DNA of 64,000 nucleotides, taken from positions 3,580-67,579 of IMG/VR virus record IMGVR_UViG_3300020050_006875; one strand, 5' to 3'. The position numbers were made by a program, and so were the translations under genes. The stretch is from a virus (Duplodnaviria > Caudoviricetes). Position 1 is the first letter of the stretch. Every line of letters starts with the position of its first letter. Shown piece after piece: positions 17,401 through 27,134 of this stretch. The notes beneath the pieces are model-generated. The model worked only from the letters and a program-made list of their open reading frames with translations, made no database searches and was not told the origin of the DNA.

Positions 17401-18309
17401 TTAGCACCCACAAGAACTTTCGCAGGCGCAAATTTCTTTTAATTTCTCGTAAAATTCTACAGCCCTATCATACTCCTGCACCTCCATAGCGTTTAACATT
17501 CCTATATATAGGCCATAGAAGTAAAGGTATTCTTCGTCACACTTGCCGCACATTACACCCTGAATGAACTGATACCTATTTCTGTTAAGGCAATTAATCA
17601 CATCAGGATCCACCATTATGCCAACACTCGTTACATACCAATCAGGAAATTCCTGCGCTCTAACGGCTAAGGCAGCATCCCTCCAATCGCTGTATATAAG
17701 CGTGTCAGGGACAGCCATCATTATGATTTCATATATCCCCCTAATTGGAATAACCTCGTTGTCGATGGTTTCTGTAGGGAATGTAAGCGTGTAGATGTAT
17801 GGGTCTTCAGCTTGGTCTGCTTGAGAGTCTGGGGTTTGTGTATTAACTCCATACCCATCAGCAAATGGCTTGCTCCATATTCTGTAAACAGTCCATAGAT
17901 AAGCCTCGTCTCTTGCTGGTCTCCCAGGTATTGTTGGATCTCCGTTTGGGTTCCATCCTCCTGGGTCTGTTATGGCATCATACTCCCCTGTTGCATCAGG
18001 AACTTCTACATATGTCTGACCAGAATCAAATGTCAATGTCCCTATTTTAGGAACAAGTAACTTCGTTGTGTTTGTGTCAGGAGTAACTAAGAAGGCTACA
18101 CTCTGTGATGAAGTGAGGAAAACAGGAACAGGACTTGTCGTTGTTAAAAATGCGTCCTTCCTACTACTCGTTAAGAAAACTGAAGTGGGACTTGTTGTGT
18201 TTAGGAAACTTATAGATTGTGAGGATGTTAGAAATATAGGAACTCCATTTGTTGTTGATACAAACGAAGTAGCCTGTCCCTGCGTCCTAAAGACAATCTG
18301 AGCTGCCAT
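17401..18309 (-). CDS. virion structural protein with Cys-rich C-terminus
   Basis: N-terminal FLTSS repeats; ends LKEICACESSCGC; upstream of the fibre gene. Confidence 0.6.
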   Translation of the reverse strand: MAAQIVFRTQGQATSFVSTTNGVPIFLTSSQSISFLNTTSPTSVFLTSSRKDAFLTTTSPVPVFLTSSQSVAFLVTPDTNTTKLLVPKIGTLTFDSGQTYVEVPDATGEYDAITDPGGWNPNGDPTIPGRPARDEAYLWTVYRIWSKPFADGYGVNTQTPDSQADQAEDPYIYTLTFPTETIDNEVIPIRGIYEIIMMAVPDTLIYSDWRDAALAVRAQEFPDWYVTSVGIMVDPDVINCLNRNRYQFIQGVMCGKCDEEYLYFYGLYIGMLNAMEVQEYDRAVEFYEKLKEICACESSCGC

Positions 18310-18313
18310 TTAC

Positions 18314-19162
18314 TTAATTCCCACCTGTTTGGTTGCTTTGCGTACTTGTTTGCGTGATGTTGTATCCAGCAGTTTGCAATGTAGCAAGAGGCGTGTTTAT
18401 TCCTATATTCAATGCAGGGAACGACTCCTCTGTTGTAAGCCTATACATAGTCTTACTTGCCAAGTTGTTGTTCGTAGTTGCTGGAGTAATCTTTATCCAT
18501 ATGTATGTAGGGAAAGCGGCGGTGGAAGGGAAGTAATTACTTGAATTAGCCCCTGACCCTGCCGTAAACACATTCATTGTCTGAATTGTGAAATCAATGT
18601 TTTGAACGGAAGTTGCCGTACTAACAGGGACACCAACATTACTTATCTGCTCCAACTTCGTTATACCGGGGTTATTAACGCCCGTTGTAACATTAGAAGA
18701 AGTTCTCCAAAAACTAAAATCAGGAAGGTTCACCCTGTTCACTCCAGCATTACCACCTATTTCTGTTGCTATGCGGAAGTAGATACTTTCTGTATTTGTT
18801 ATAAGGAAGTAAGACCCAACAAGACTTGCTGAAGCCGTAGGAACAGCAAGGGAATTGGCATATAGCGTCAAAGCTGTAGCACCCCCAATCGCTTGTATTT
18901 GCCCCATTAACACATACGCCCCTGTAGTCCCATCAATATAATAGAGATATTGATTGAGAGCAAGGTCATTGAAATCTTGTGTACCTGAAGCCGCACCAAC
19001 AATGTTGGCTGTTGAGCCTCCACTAACATATGTTCCGCCAAGAACAGGAGCTGTTATTTCTTCTGATGGAGCATTTGATCCCACTCCATTGTTAGTCGTA
19101 GCAATAGCCGTATTATTGGCATTTACACGAAAGTATTGTACCGTTGAATTATAATTTGACAT
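18314..19162 (-). CDS. virion structural protein (paralog of 19164-20009)
   Basis: 282 aa, T/N/G-rich, beta-type composition. Confidence 0.6.
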   Translation of the reverse strand: MSNYNSTVQYFRVNANNTAIATTNNGVGSNAPSEEITAPVLGGTYVSGGSTANIVGAASGTQDFNDLALNQYLYYIDGTTGAYVLMGQIQAIGGATALTLYANSLAVPTASASLVGSYFLITNTESIYFRIATEIGGNAGVNRVNLPDFSFWRTSSNVTTGVNNPGITKLEQISNVGVPVSTATSVQNIDFTIQTMNVFTAGSGANSSNYFPSTAAFPTYIWIKITPATTNNNLASKTMYRLTTEESFPALNIGINTPLATLQTAGYNITQTSTQSNQTGGN

Positions 19163-19163
19163 T

Positions 19164-20009
19164 TTAGTATCCTGCTTGTGATAATAACCCTGGATTGTAT
19201 GACAATGTCACCCTCACGCCATTGAGCGGGAAGGTTTCGCTTGCAAATAATTTGTAAAGAGTACTTGCAGCAAGTTTTGTGTCGGCATCTCCATTAGGAT
19301 TAAACACCGCAAAACAAAAACTTGGAAAGTTTGTAGCTGCTTGCCAATATAAAGTTACATTCTGACCAGCCACTGTTGCACCAAAACTTTGGAAGTTATA
19401 GACAGGAGTGATGGTGTATGGAATATTCACAAGAGGCGGTGTTGCCGCTTCTTGAGGAATCCCAGTAATACTATATTGCTCAAGCGTATTTGACGAAGTG
19501 TTGTTAAACCCTGTCACCAAATTCTTATATGCGTTCCAATTAGGAATCACTGCCACATTAGGGCCAAAGCCTGTTAAGGCAACAGGAATGCGGATGATGA
19601 TGTTGTCGCTCGTTGATAAAACTATAGAAGACATTCCGCAATTCACTAATGTCTTATTCACTGTAGCATTTTCAGTGAGCGTCATTGAAACATCATTAGC
19701 AATGCTTGCTATCTTACCAGCAAGAATAGGGTCTCCCTCATTATCGTAATAAAACAAAAACTGACCAACACTAAAATCGCTCAAGAAAGCCGTTCCCGTT
19801 CCTGTAATTGCTGTGCTTCCGTTTGTAATATCTATTAGCCCCTGAGCAAATGTCACAGGTTCAATTACATCGTTAAGCGTTCCAATGCCACTTTGGGTAT
19901 TTGCTATGGCTAAATTTTCAGCCGTTGCTTTAGCAAACACTATCCCGGAGGCCGTATAGTCTAGCCTTACAGGGACTTGGTTTGGGGATTGTGGAGGAGT
20001 TGCTGCCAT
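19164..20009 (-). CDS. virion structural protein (paralog of 18314-19162)
   Basis: 281 aa; ITGTGTAFLSDFSVGQ motif typical of phage fibre and head proteins. Confidence 0.6.
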   Translation of the reverse strand: MAATPPQSPNQVPVRLDYTASGIVFAKATAENLAIANTQSGIGTLNDVIEPVTFAQGLIDITNGSTAITGTGTAFLSDFSVGQFLFYYDNEGDPILAGKIASIANDVSMTLTENATVNKTLVNCGMSSIVLSTSDNIIIRIPVALTGFGPNVAVIPNWNAYKNLVTGFNNTSSNTLEQYSITGIPQEAATPPLVNIPYTITPVYNFQSFGATVAGQNVTLYWQAATNFPSFCFAVFNPNGDADTKLAASTLYKLFASETFPLNGVRVTLSYNPGLLSQAGY

Positions 20010-20410
20010 ATCAATTTCTTGTATTCTTCAGGGAGAAGTTCTACTTGCAAATCTACAAAATCTTTTTGTTCCATTTCCGCTCTTATCGAGAAAGTTTTAC
20101 CTTCACCTCCCTCTATAGCAATGTCGTAGAAATCAATTATGTCCACCCCTTCTATTGGGACATTACTTTTGATTCTATCTGACACTTGTTTGTATGTAGT
20201 GAGAGATGGGTCTATGGCAATAATATCTTGATAAAGTTCCTCTAAATTGTTGCTATAAAGGAACTCGTAGAACGGCTCATCAACGAATATCACCATTGGA
20301 CCGTTATACTCCTGCCAAAGTAAACTACTACGAAGCATACTAATCGCCTGCCTCTTTGTTAAAGGCATCATATACTCCATGCCTATGTGGATGCCAAGTC
20401 TATTTTTCAC
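19967..20410 (-). CDS. hypothetical protein
   Basis: 147-aa ORF with GTG start just downstream of promoter TACATTTG (20415-20422). Confidence 0.55.
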   Translation of the reverse strand: MKNRLGIHIGMEYMMPLTKRQAISMLRSSLLWQEYNGPMVIFVDEPFYEFLYSNNLEELYQDIIAIDPSLTTYKQVSDRIKSNVPIEGVDIIDFYDIAIEGGEGKTFSIRAEMEQKDFVDLQVELLPEEYKKLIWQQLLHNPQTKSL

Positions 20411-20427
20411 ATTCCAAATGTAAAAAG

Positions 20428-20450
20428 AAAAAGGGGAACATTATTCCCCT
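20428..20450 (-). terminator. intrinsic terminator
   Basis: Minus strand GGGGAA-TAATG-TTCCCC-TTTTT. Confidence 0.75.
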
Positions 20451-20481
20451 CCTTCTTCTGCTGAAAAAAAACCATTTTCTT

Positions 20482-20685
20482 CTATTGATAATTCTGATAG
20501 GTGAATGTTAGCAATTGATTTGCCGTCACCTGATCGTCCACAGCCAAACTCTGTCTAAATGTTACCTCTTGTACAAACGCAAGCAATATCTGCGTTTGCT
20601 GAGAAGCTGTAGTACATCCTCCTTGGATGTCAAAACCCAAGGAGGCTAGGTACTTTTGATTCAGAGTTTCAATTGTGTCCATCAT
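20482..20685 (-). CDS. small hypothetical protein (possibly virion)
   Basis: 67-aa ORF, 1-nt stop/start overlap with the upstream gene. Confidence 0.55.
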   Translation of the reverse strand: MMDTIETLNQKYLASLGFDIQGGCTTASQQTQILLAFVQEVTFRQSLAVDDQVTANQLLTFTYQNYQ

Positions 20686-21653
20686 TATTCTTTAGTTCCC
20701 CTACGGGCTTTGTGAGTCGTTGTTTTAGCGGCCTCATATCCCTCACGAAGAAACTCAATGGCGTGTTCCTGAAAGTCAGGAGAGTGAGCAGAATACTTGT
20801 AAATATTCACAGCCGCAGTTTCCATATTTGGAATTGAGATGTCCTCTGCAAAGGTAATAATTTTCCTTCCGTCATACCTCATCAATTCTTTCTCCGTTAC
20901 AAGAAGTTTCTTAGAGATGAGAGCATCGTAGATGAGTTCAATCTTGTTCACTTCATCCAAAGCCTTGAACATATCAACCACATCCTTAATTCTACCCTCT
21001 TCCACCATCTTGATTAACACGGCACGAGTGGCTTTTGTCTTCCCGGAAAGGTCTGGACGATTTAAGAAGATTCTTTCGTGCATAGAGGCTTTTGTAAGCG
21101 TGTACAGAGAAGAATCATCCATATCCTTTATCTTGTTAAGCAAAGCAAGTTTCGCCTCAAAGTTCTGAGTGATGCCGGTGCTTTCTCTTTCAGCATCCAC
21201 TATTTCAAACTTCCAAGTCTTTCTTGAAAGTCCTGTAAGAGGGTCTTGTCTCATTTGTGGGTGAAGCTGCATAACGAAGAACCTCTCACGATCCCCCACT
21301 CTATCACCATTGAACACTAACTCTCCACCCTCAGAGAAAATAGGATGGAAGAATGATGGGATGCCCTGAGCATTATATCCTTCAAGGAATCCGATTTGGT
21401 ATGGTTGCCTCTCCCAACGGATTGTCCAAGGAGAAGGTATGCCATGCTGTCCGATTTTCTTTACATATCCACTTGTTGTTGGACGATTGTAGTCTTGGCT
21501 AGTTCCTTTTTGCTCAAACACATTGAACCAAAGATTTGGGTTGAGTCTTACTTTTATAATCTCCCCAGGTTCAAGGCTAATGAGTTTTGACTCAATTTCA
21601 ACGGGCCAAGAGTTAATTTCGTGGATGCCACCCCTTTCTGTTGCTACTACCAT
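20685..21653 (-). CDS. conserved-looking protein downstream of the major capsid gene
   Basis: 322 aa from ATG 21653 (MVVATERG); the track start lies inside a terminator; function not recognised. Confidence 0.65.
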   Translation of the reverse strand: MVVATERGGIHEINSWPVEIESKLISLEPGEIIKVRLNPNLWFNVFEQKGTSQDYNRPTTSGYVKKIGQHGIPSPWTIRWERQPYQIGFLEGYNAQGIPSFFHPIFSEGGELVFNGDRVGDRERFFVMQLHPQMRQDPLTGLSRKTWKFEIVDAERESTGITQNFEAKLALLNKIKDMDDSSLYTLTKASMHERIFLNRPDLSGKTKATRAVLIKMVEEGRIKDVVDMFKALDEVNKIELIYDALISKKLLVTEKELMRYDGRKIITFAEDISIPNMETAAVNIYKYSAHSPDFQEHAIEFLREGYEAAKTTTHKARRGTKE

Positions 21654-21687
21654 ATATATTGTTTTAAAGTTACAAACGCAAATAAAC

Positions 21688-21722
21688 AAAAAAAGGGCCA
21701 ACTTTTCAGAAGGCCCCTTTTT
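21688..21722 (-). terminator. intrinsic terminator after the major capsid gene
   Basis: GGGCC...GGCCC stem flanked by A and T runs. Confidence 0.75.
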
Positions 21723-21734
21723 GTCACATCATTA

Positions 21735-23186
21735 TTACATGATGGTTCCTCCGAAGTAAAGCTTGGAGGCAAGCATTGTCTGTGCAGCGAAGTACTCGTT
21801 GTTGATGATTTGATAGTTCATCGCACCAAAGTGAGCAGGGTCACGCTTAACAATCTGATTCATCACTGGAGTACCGCCTGTAGTTACCGGAGCCTTCAAT
21901 TGAAGAACACGGAACATAGGAGCAGTAACAGTGTAAGAGGTGTTGGTAAGTTCACGAGGAACAGCAACATCTTCTTTCGGGATGATTACGAAAGCATTAG
22001 CCCAATAGCCACTAGTAAGAGAAGAACCATCACCAGTGATATCAGGAGAGTACATAGCCTTGTGCGCCCACTCAGAAGCCTCGTTCAAGTTCACCTTGAA
22101 TTTACCAAGGATGAAGTGACCAAGGGATTTCTTCAAGCCCGGACGACCAGAGCCATCATTCATTTCGCCAGAGATGTACTGAACAGCACCACCTGTAAGA
22201 GGCTGAAGAGCGTTACGCTGAATGCTCTGAACGAAGTTATATCCACCCCAAAGGTCTAGTTCTGTACCAGCACCACGGTTCTGAAGACGGATACCGATGT
22301 CCTCAAGGTCTGACATTTGAATTGCACCAGCAGCGTAGTCATCGGTAAGTCCGAAAGCTTGAGCAGCAGATACGAAACCAACAGTAGTAGAAGGAGAACC
22401 AGCGGCAGTTCCGTAAGTTTCACCACGACCACGAGTGATGGCAGCAGACTTACGAAGCATAGCAGTCATAAGAGCATCAGCGAAGATACGAGGAGCAAGT
22501 ACAGTTTGTCCACCTTCAAGTTGGAACATAAACGACTGGTTGTATGTGCTTTGACCAACTTTAGCAGAAGGTGTAGACATATATTGGAAGTTCACGCCAT
22601 AACGAGACCAGCCACGAACAGAACCATCAGCGAAAGCTGCATTAGGATCTGAAACGGCATCTTGTGGAAGAAGAACATCACCAGCACTTAAATAGTTTGC
22701 AAGAATCACATCTGAAGAAGGACTCACATCAATGGTGAATGTAGCACTGCCACTTGTTCCAACAGCCGTAACATTCAGGATGACAGATGGGTCTTGAGCA
22801 ATCTGGAAGTTCTGCCCTTTAGAAGCATAGTTGTAGTTGCTTCCGTTGTACACGATTGAGTTAACAGTGATGGTAGCAGAAGCACCAGCAGTAGCACCTC
22901 CTGTGAAGGAAACAACTGTCAAGGTGTTCAATACTGAATCCTGTTCTGCGTGAAACACCTGTGTAGTGTTACTTTGAACTCCTACGAAAGCCTTGTTGTC
23001 AACGAGGTGAGCCATAAGGCCGTTCTCAATAAGTTGACGATCAGGATAACGGTCAAGAAGTGTAGGCCAAAAATCCCTCACGAAGGAGGTGCTGTCGGCT
23101 AATCCGGAGAGGGTAGCTGCATCTGCAACTGTCCCTGGGGAGGTGGCTGATGCGCCACTAAATGCTGGGGTGCTGTTAAGAGCCAT
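21735..23186 (-). CDS. major capsid protein
   Basis: 483 aa, follows portal and acidic scaffold, followed by a terminator; inserted Ig-like segment and overall size as in crAss-like MCPs. Confidence 0.8.
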   Translation of the reverse strand: MALNSTPAFSGASATSPGTVADAATLSGLADSTSFVRDFWPTLLDRYPDRQLIENGLMAHLVDNKAFVGVQSNTTQVFHAEQDSVLNTLTVVSFTGGATAGASATITVNSIVYNGSNYNYASKGQNFQIAQDPSVILNVTAVGTSGSATFTIDVSPSSDVILANYLSAGDVLLPQDAVSDPNAAFADGSVRGWSRYGVNFQYMSTPSAKVGQSTYNQSFMFQLEGGQTVLAPRIFADALMTAMLRKSAAITRGRGETYGTAAGSPSTTVGFVSAAQAFGLTDDYAAGAIQMSDLEDIGIRLQNRGAGTELDLWGGYNFVQSIQRNALQPLTGGAVQYISGEMNDGSGRPGLKKSLGHFILGKFKVNLNEASEWAHKAMYSPDITGDGSSLTSGYWANAFVIIPKEDVAVPRELTNTSYTVTAPMFRVLQLKAPVTTGGTPVMNQIVKRDPAHFGAMNYQIINNEYFAAQTMLASKLYFGGTIM

Positions 23187-23206
23187 TTTTTTGCGGTTTT
23201 AAAAAA

Positions 23207-24265
23207 TTAAAAATTACTTTGAACGCCCACTATCCTTAGTCCTCCAACAGTTGGGCCTTTAGCAGACATCACTTGTTTCGGGTCTATGGGTGAGACATTA
23301 TTTTGCGGCACTTGATTGTTCAGCGTACGATTGATGGCTTCAACTGCCTCCTTAGGGGCTGCCCTACGAGCTGCTTCCAACATCGCTGGAATCTGACTCT
23401 TGAGCATCTCTAATTCAGCCATAGCAGCGGCAGCCTTAACATTAGGCCACACATTGCCATTCTTGTCAAGCGACAACGGCACAGCGTCACTATAAACAAT
23501 ATCCCGAATCTTGCCAGCATCCACCTGTGGAAGATTATACCCCGGAATTCCCAAGGACATTTCCATAGGCTTCAAATCCTTTAAGCTGCCCTCAACGATT
23601 GACTCGTACTGTTGTTGGTATCCGTCAATGTCAAAATCAGCCGTTTGGGGATTCCTAGCGGCTTCAAGTTTCCCTCTAACCTCCTGCTGTTGGGCGATGA
23701 GATTTTGGCGAATGCCCTCGGCTTGCCAAGCAATTGCATCGTAGTCCTCTTCAGCGAGTCCAAGATTTTCAGGTATATCAAAGTCAATATCGGGATATTG
23801 CCTTCTCAAATGTGCTTCAATGTGGCGGTCTGTCTTCGCCCAAGGATTAGCCTCCTTGAAGGCATCTTTGATGAGGTCAAGAACACTCTTGCTCTCAAAG
23901 TTCTCATTCAACATCTGCAAAATAGCAGGGTTGTCCAATAACTCATTCACCTCATCAGGTAAACGATATTGAATTGTAGGCTGGGCAGAAGAACTAGCTT
24001 GTAGCTTCTCTTCCATTTCAGCCAATTTTGCCCTCAGTGATTCTATATCCTCTACTTGAGGGGCATCTTCTTGGGCTACGGGTTCTACATATTCCTCCTG
24101 CGGCACTTCCCCCTCTTGTGGAGGAATGTCATAATCAGGAATACTTATAGACCTAACCTTGAACGGGTTCTCCGCCGATTGCAGGCTCTCCTGCTGGTTC
24201 TCCGGCTGGTAAGCCAGGGACTCCTGCTGGTTCTGCACCTCCGCTTGCACTTCCTGTGTTTCCAT
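23207..24265 (-). CDS. capsid scaffolding protein
   Basis: 352 aa, very E/Q-rich N-terminus, helical; between portal and MCP. Confidence 0.7.
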   Translation of the reverse strand: METQEVQAEVQNQQESLAYQPENQQESLQSAENPFKVRSISIPDYDIPPQEGEVPQEEYVEPVAQEDAPQVEDIESLRAKLAEMEEKLQASSSAQPTIQYRLPDEVNELLDNPAILQMLNENFESKSVLDLIKDAFKEANPWAKTDRHIEAHLRRQYPDIDFDIPENLGLAEEDYDAIAWQAEGIRQNLIAQQQEVRGKLEAARNPQTADFDIDGYQQQYESIVEGSLKDLKPMEMSLGIPGYNLPQVDAGKIRDIVYSDAVPLSLDKNGNVWPNVKAAAAMAELEMLKSQIPAMLEAARRAAPKEAVEAINRTLNNQVPQNNVSPIDPKQVMSAKGPTVGGLRIVGVQSNF

Positions 24266-26447
24266 ACATTTTATCTATTTCTAATTGTATTCTTTGCAAA
24301 ATTACTTCAGGATTAGCACTATTCATAGGATTTGCAAAGGCAGCCTTCGCATACTCCTGAATTACATTGCCAAATATTTTTAATTGCTCTAATTTTTCTT
24401 TCCCTTGTTGCGCCTGCTGATTAGACATCATTTGTCTTTCAGTGTTCGCTTGGTCAGCCATTTGTTGACCTTCCATCTTCTTGATGTCATTCCTCTTCTG
24501 CTGTACGGAAAGGTATCCCCATGCCTGCTTCATATTGTCTATGATTTGCAAATAGGCATATTGATCCATTGTTAAACTTCCTGAAGCTAAGGCTTGTTGG
24601 GCTTTGGCATAAATGTCTTGCCATTGGGCATCTGTAGGCAGAGGCTCAACAATAAGATTTGGAATGCGCTCGTCAGGATTGCCGGGAGGAATAGCGAATG
24701 CTTTGTTGTTTGCCACCCCTGCTTCCCCTGTCTGCATAATGTCATACATCAGGTTCTCCCAAAGAGTTGAATAGAGACGAATCTTAGAATCCATCAATCC
24801 AGACAAAACATTGTCGCTTCCGTTTAGAAGCATTTGCGTTACGGCTTTCCCCACCTCTGGGTTCACGCCTCCTCCTGTGTCCACCTTTGGAACACCAACA
24901 ACATCGTGAAGGAGATTTATCTGCTGAAGTAACAAACTCCATAGCACCTGAAGATTACCGCCACCATCATTTCCTATCATGGCTATGGAATCTTTCACGG
25001 AAGCATTATGGAAGCCCTTGTACGCAGAGGATGATACAACGCCTAAACCACGCTCCATAAGCGTTGTCATTAGGTCTTCTGCTGTTACATCATCTCCTTC
25101 CTTCATAGCAAGGTCAGCCAAGGCATCTTGGTCCACCCGTATCATCCAAGGAAGGAACTCCTTCACATAAGTCTTAAACTTCTTGAAAGTATCTTCAATA
25201 GCATCAATGTGTGGCTTGGCTCTGTCAATGATGGAAACACTTTCACCCCTCACCATTGAGGAATGATGCCACACGAATGAGCCGTACACCTTAGAGGCGT
25301 TTACTTTAAATGCGTCCTCGTTCCTTGTTACGATAGGTTGACGAACGCCTGGTTTGACACCATAGTCGTACAGATATCCGCTTCCGCAAATGTACTTACC
25401 CCCGAAGAGGTTCTGTACCTTAGCTGTGTAAACATCACCATCTTTTCCGGGAGTCTTTTTGGAATATCCATTGTAGGCTTTTCCATTCTTAATATTGGTG
25501 TAGAGTACATCTGTGGAGACATACTCAAAGTCCATGACGAGTACATAGTCGGTGTATGTGTTGGTGAATGTGGTGAGGTAGTTGTTGTTGTTGTTTGTCC
25601 ACCAATACAACCAATTGTACAGGATGGAAAACTGCCCCCCACGAAGATTGCTTAACTCCTGGTCTGTGAGAAACTCCTGCGCTTCGATGCGTACTTGCTC
25701 AACCGGCACAGGGCGTATTCTGTAACTCCAAACAATATCACGCCCATCAGGATAAAAGGACATACTATGACCACTATTAAGTGGGTCAAGCCATTCGATT
25801 TGTCTCTTTCCATTTACTCTATTTATATAATGGCCTCTTACAGATGTGATGGCATCATCATAGTCAGCCATACGAGCAAGAGTTTCAAGATTATTCTCAT
25901 GACCTATCTTGCTAAGAGCAAGTTCTAGATTCATCTCCTCTACGAACTGAGGCATACAGTCAAGCATTATCTGCAATTCTGTAGTGTCCATAGGGACTTC
26001 ATCAGGCATCAAGCCAAGTTGCTGAAGGTATTGACCCATCTCTGCACCTTGTTGCTTTAACATCATAGCCAATTCCATCTTGGCTTTTATGTCTTGCCTT
26101 TCGCCCATTGCCAACGCATCAATCATTGACACGGATGGCTTAAACTTCTGCTTGTTGAGTTTTCCTACAATACTTTCCAATATTGTAGCCGTAAGTTTCA
26201 TATTACGGAGGTCAGCACCAAGCAGTGTTTGTGAATCGTTTGCTCCTAAATTGTCTATGGGTTGCACAGTACGCAAGTAGGATTGGTTACCCATTGCGTA
26301 TTGATAGTTCTCTGCCCACCTCCTACGAGGAAAGTTTGGACTTTCAATTTGCATCAAGTGGAATGATTCCAAACCTTGGGCAAAGCTTTTGCCAAACTCA
26401 TTTGACTTTTTCTTGTCAAAGGGGACGGTGAGATCAGGTGCAAACAT
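24153..26447 (-). CDS. portal protein
   Basis: 764 aa; NYQYAMGNQ...NMKLTATILESIVG N-terminus, LHDVVGVPKVDTGG, Q-rich crown-like C-terminus; size and position of crAss-like portals. Confidence 0.8.
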   Translation of the reverse strand: MFAPDLTVPFDKKKSNEFGKSFAQGLESFHLMQIESPNFPRRRWAENYQYAMGNQSYLRTVQPIDNLGANDSQTLLGADLRNMKLTATILESIVGKLNKQKFKPSVSMIDALAMGERQDIKAKMELAMMLKQQGAEMGQYLQQLGLMPDEVPMDTTELQIMLDCMPQFVEEMNLELALSKIGHENNLETLARMADYDDAITSVRGHYINRVNGKRQIEWLDPLNSGHSMSFYPDGRDIVWSYRIRPVPVEQVRIEAQEFLTDQELSNLRGGQFSILYNWLYWWTNNNNNYLTTFTNTYTDYVLVMDFEYVSTDVLYTNIKNGKAYNGYSKKTPGKDGDVYTAKVQNLFGGKYICGSGYLYDYGVKPGVRQPIVTRNEDAFKVNASKVYGSFVWHHSSMVRGESVSIIDRAKPHIDAIEDTFKKFKTYVKEFLPWMIRVDQDALADLAMKEGDDVTAEDLMTTLMERGLGVVSSSAYKGFHNASVKDSIAMIGNDGGGNLQVLWSLLLQQINLLHDVVGVPKVDTGGGVNPEVGKAVTQMLLNGSDNVLSGLMDSKIRLYSTLWENLMYDIMQTGEAGVANNKAFAIPPGNPDERIPNLIVEPLPTDAQWQDIYAKAQQALASGSLTMDQYAYLQIIDNMKQAWGYLSVQQKRNDIKKMEGQQMADQANTERQMMSNQQAQQGKEKLEQLKIFGNVIQEYAKAAFANPMNSANPEVILQRIQLEIDKMYGNTGSASGGAEPAGVPGLPAGEPAGEPAIGGEPVQG
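24297..24304 (-). promoter_or_regulatory. promoter embedded in the portal 3' end
   Basis: TAATTTTG 31 nt upstream of the scaffold ATG. Confidence 0.55.
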
Positions 26448-27122
26448 TTACCCTGTAGTATTATAAGTACTTTGTTCGTTTGGGTTGTAAGGGTTTTCGT
26501 ATTCAGAAAAATCCCCTATTCCTTTTACAAATCCTAATGGCAAGCTATTAGTATTATACCTACCTGAGCCTGAACCTGAACCTTGGCCGTATCTCATCCC
26601 TGCCATAGCCCCTTGAAAAGGAGACATAGCAAATTGAGCAATCTGTTGCTTGCGAGCTGTATCAATGCCTTCAAGATTTCTCTCCCAATAACGCTTTTTA
26701 TTTTCCAAAGAAGCCCCTGCTCGTCCTTGCTCTCTGCCTAAATCAGCTTGAGCCATTCTTTGTCCTTGAAGCCCACGAAGAGCAATATTCCTCCTTGCGG
26801 CTTGTCCTTGCTGATTCAAACGAGAAAGAGCATTCAGCATATTGCTACTTGAAACGCCAGCTCTTTTAACTTCGCCAAGAGTGTTGGCTTGTTGTTGATT
26901 GATGTTCTCAAGTTCTTGTCCATATCCAGCAACTTGACTATTTGCGGCTCTTAGCTGTGCGCCTCCTAATTGGGCTTGCTCATATTGATTTAATCCTTCT
27001 GGTCCTTCAGCCAAAAGCCTTCTACGCTCCTTGCCTTGTTTAATGGCATTTACTAAACCAGGAGTTGCCCCTGCTAGGTTTAGCCCTGCTCCCACTAACA
27101 TTCCTGTAACCGGATCTATCAT
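26448..27122 (-). CDS. putative small ejection (internal virion) protein
   Basis: Hydrophobic G-rich N-terminus MIDPVTGMLVGAGLNLAG, then Q/A-rich helical body. Confidence 0.6.
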   Translation of the reverse strand: MIDPVTGMLVGAGLNLAGATPGLVNAIKQGKERRRLLAEGPEGLNQYEQAQLGGAQLRAANSQVAGYGQELENINQQQANTLGEVKRAGVSSSNMLNALSRLNQQGQAARRNIALRGLQGQRMAQADLGREQGRAGASLENKKRYWERNLEGIDTARKQQIAQFAMSPFQGAMAGMRYGQGSGSGSGRYNTNSLPLGFVKGIGDFSEYENPYNPNEQSTYNTTG

Positions 27123-27134
27123 AGCCTTGTGCGT

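Noticed and set aside
23600-23650. DFDIDG in the 352-aa protein resembles the crAss virion RNA polymerase catalytic motif
   Set aside because: It lies in a short acidic helical scaffold-like protein between portal and MCP, with no room for double-psi beta-barrel domains; coincidental.
25585-25600. AAC microsatellite in the portal gene (poly-Asn)
   Set aside because: Short, in-frame, and consistent with a low-complexity loop; no sign of phase variation.
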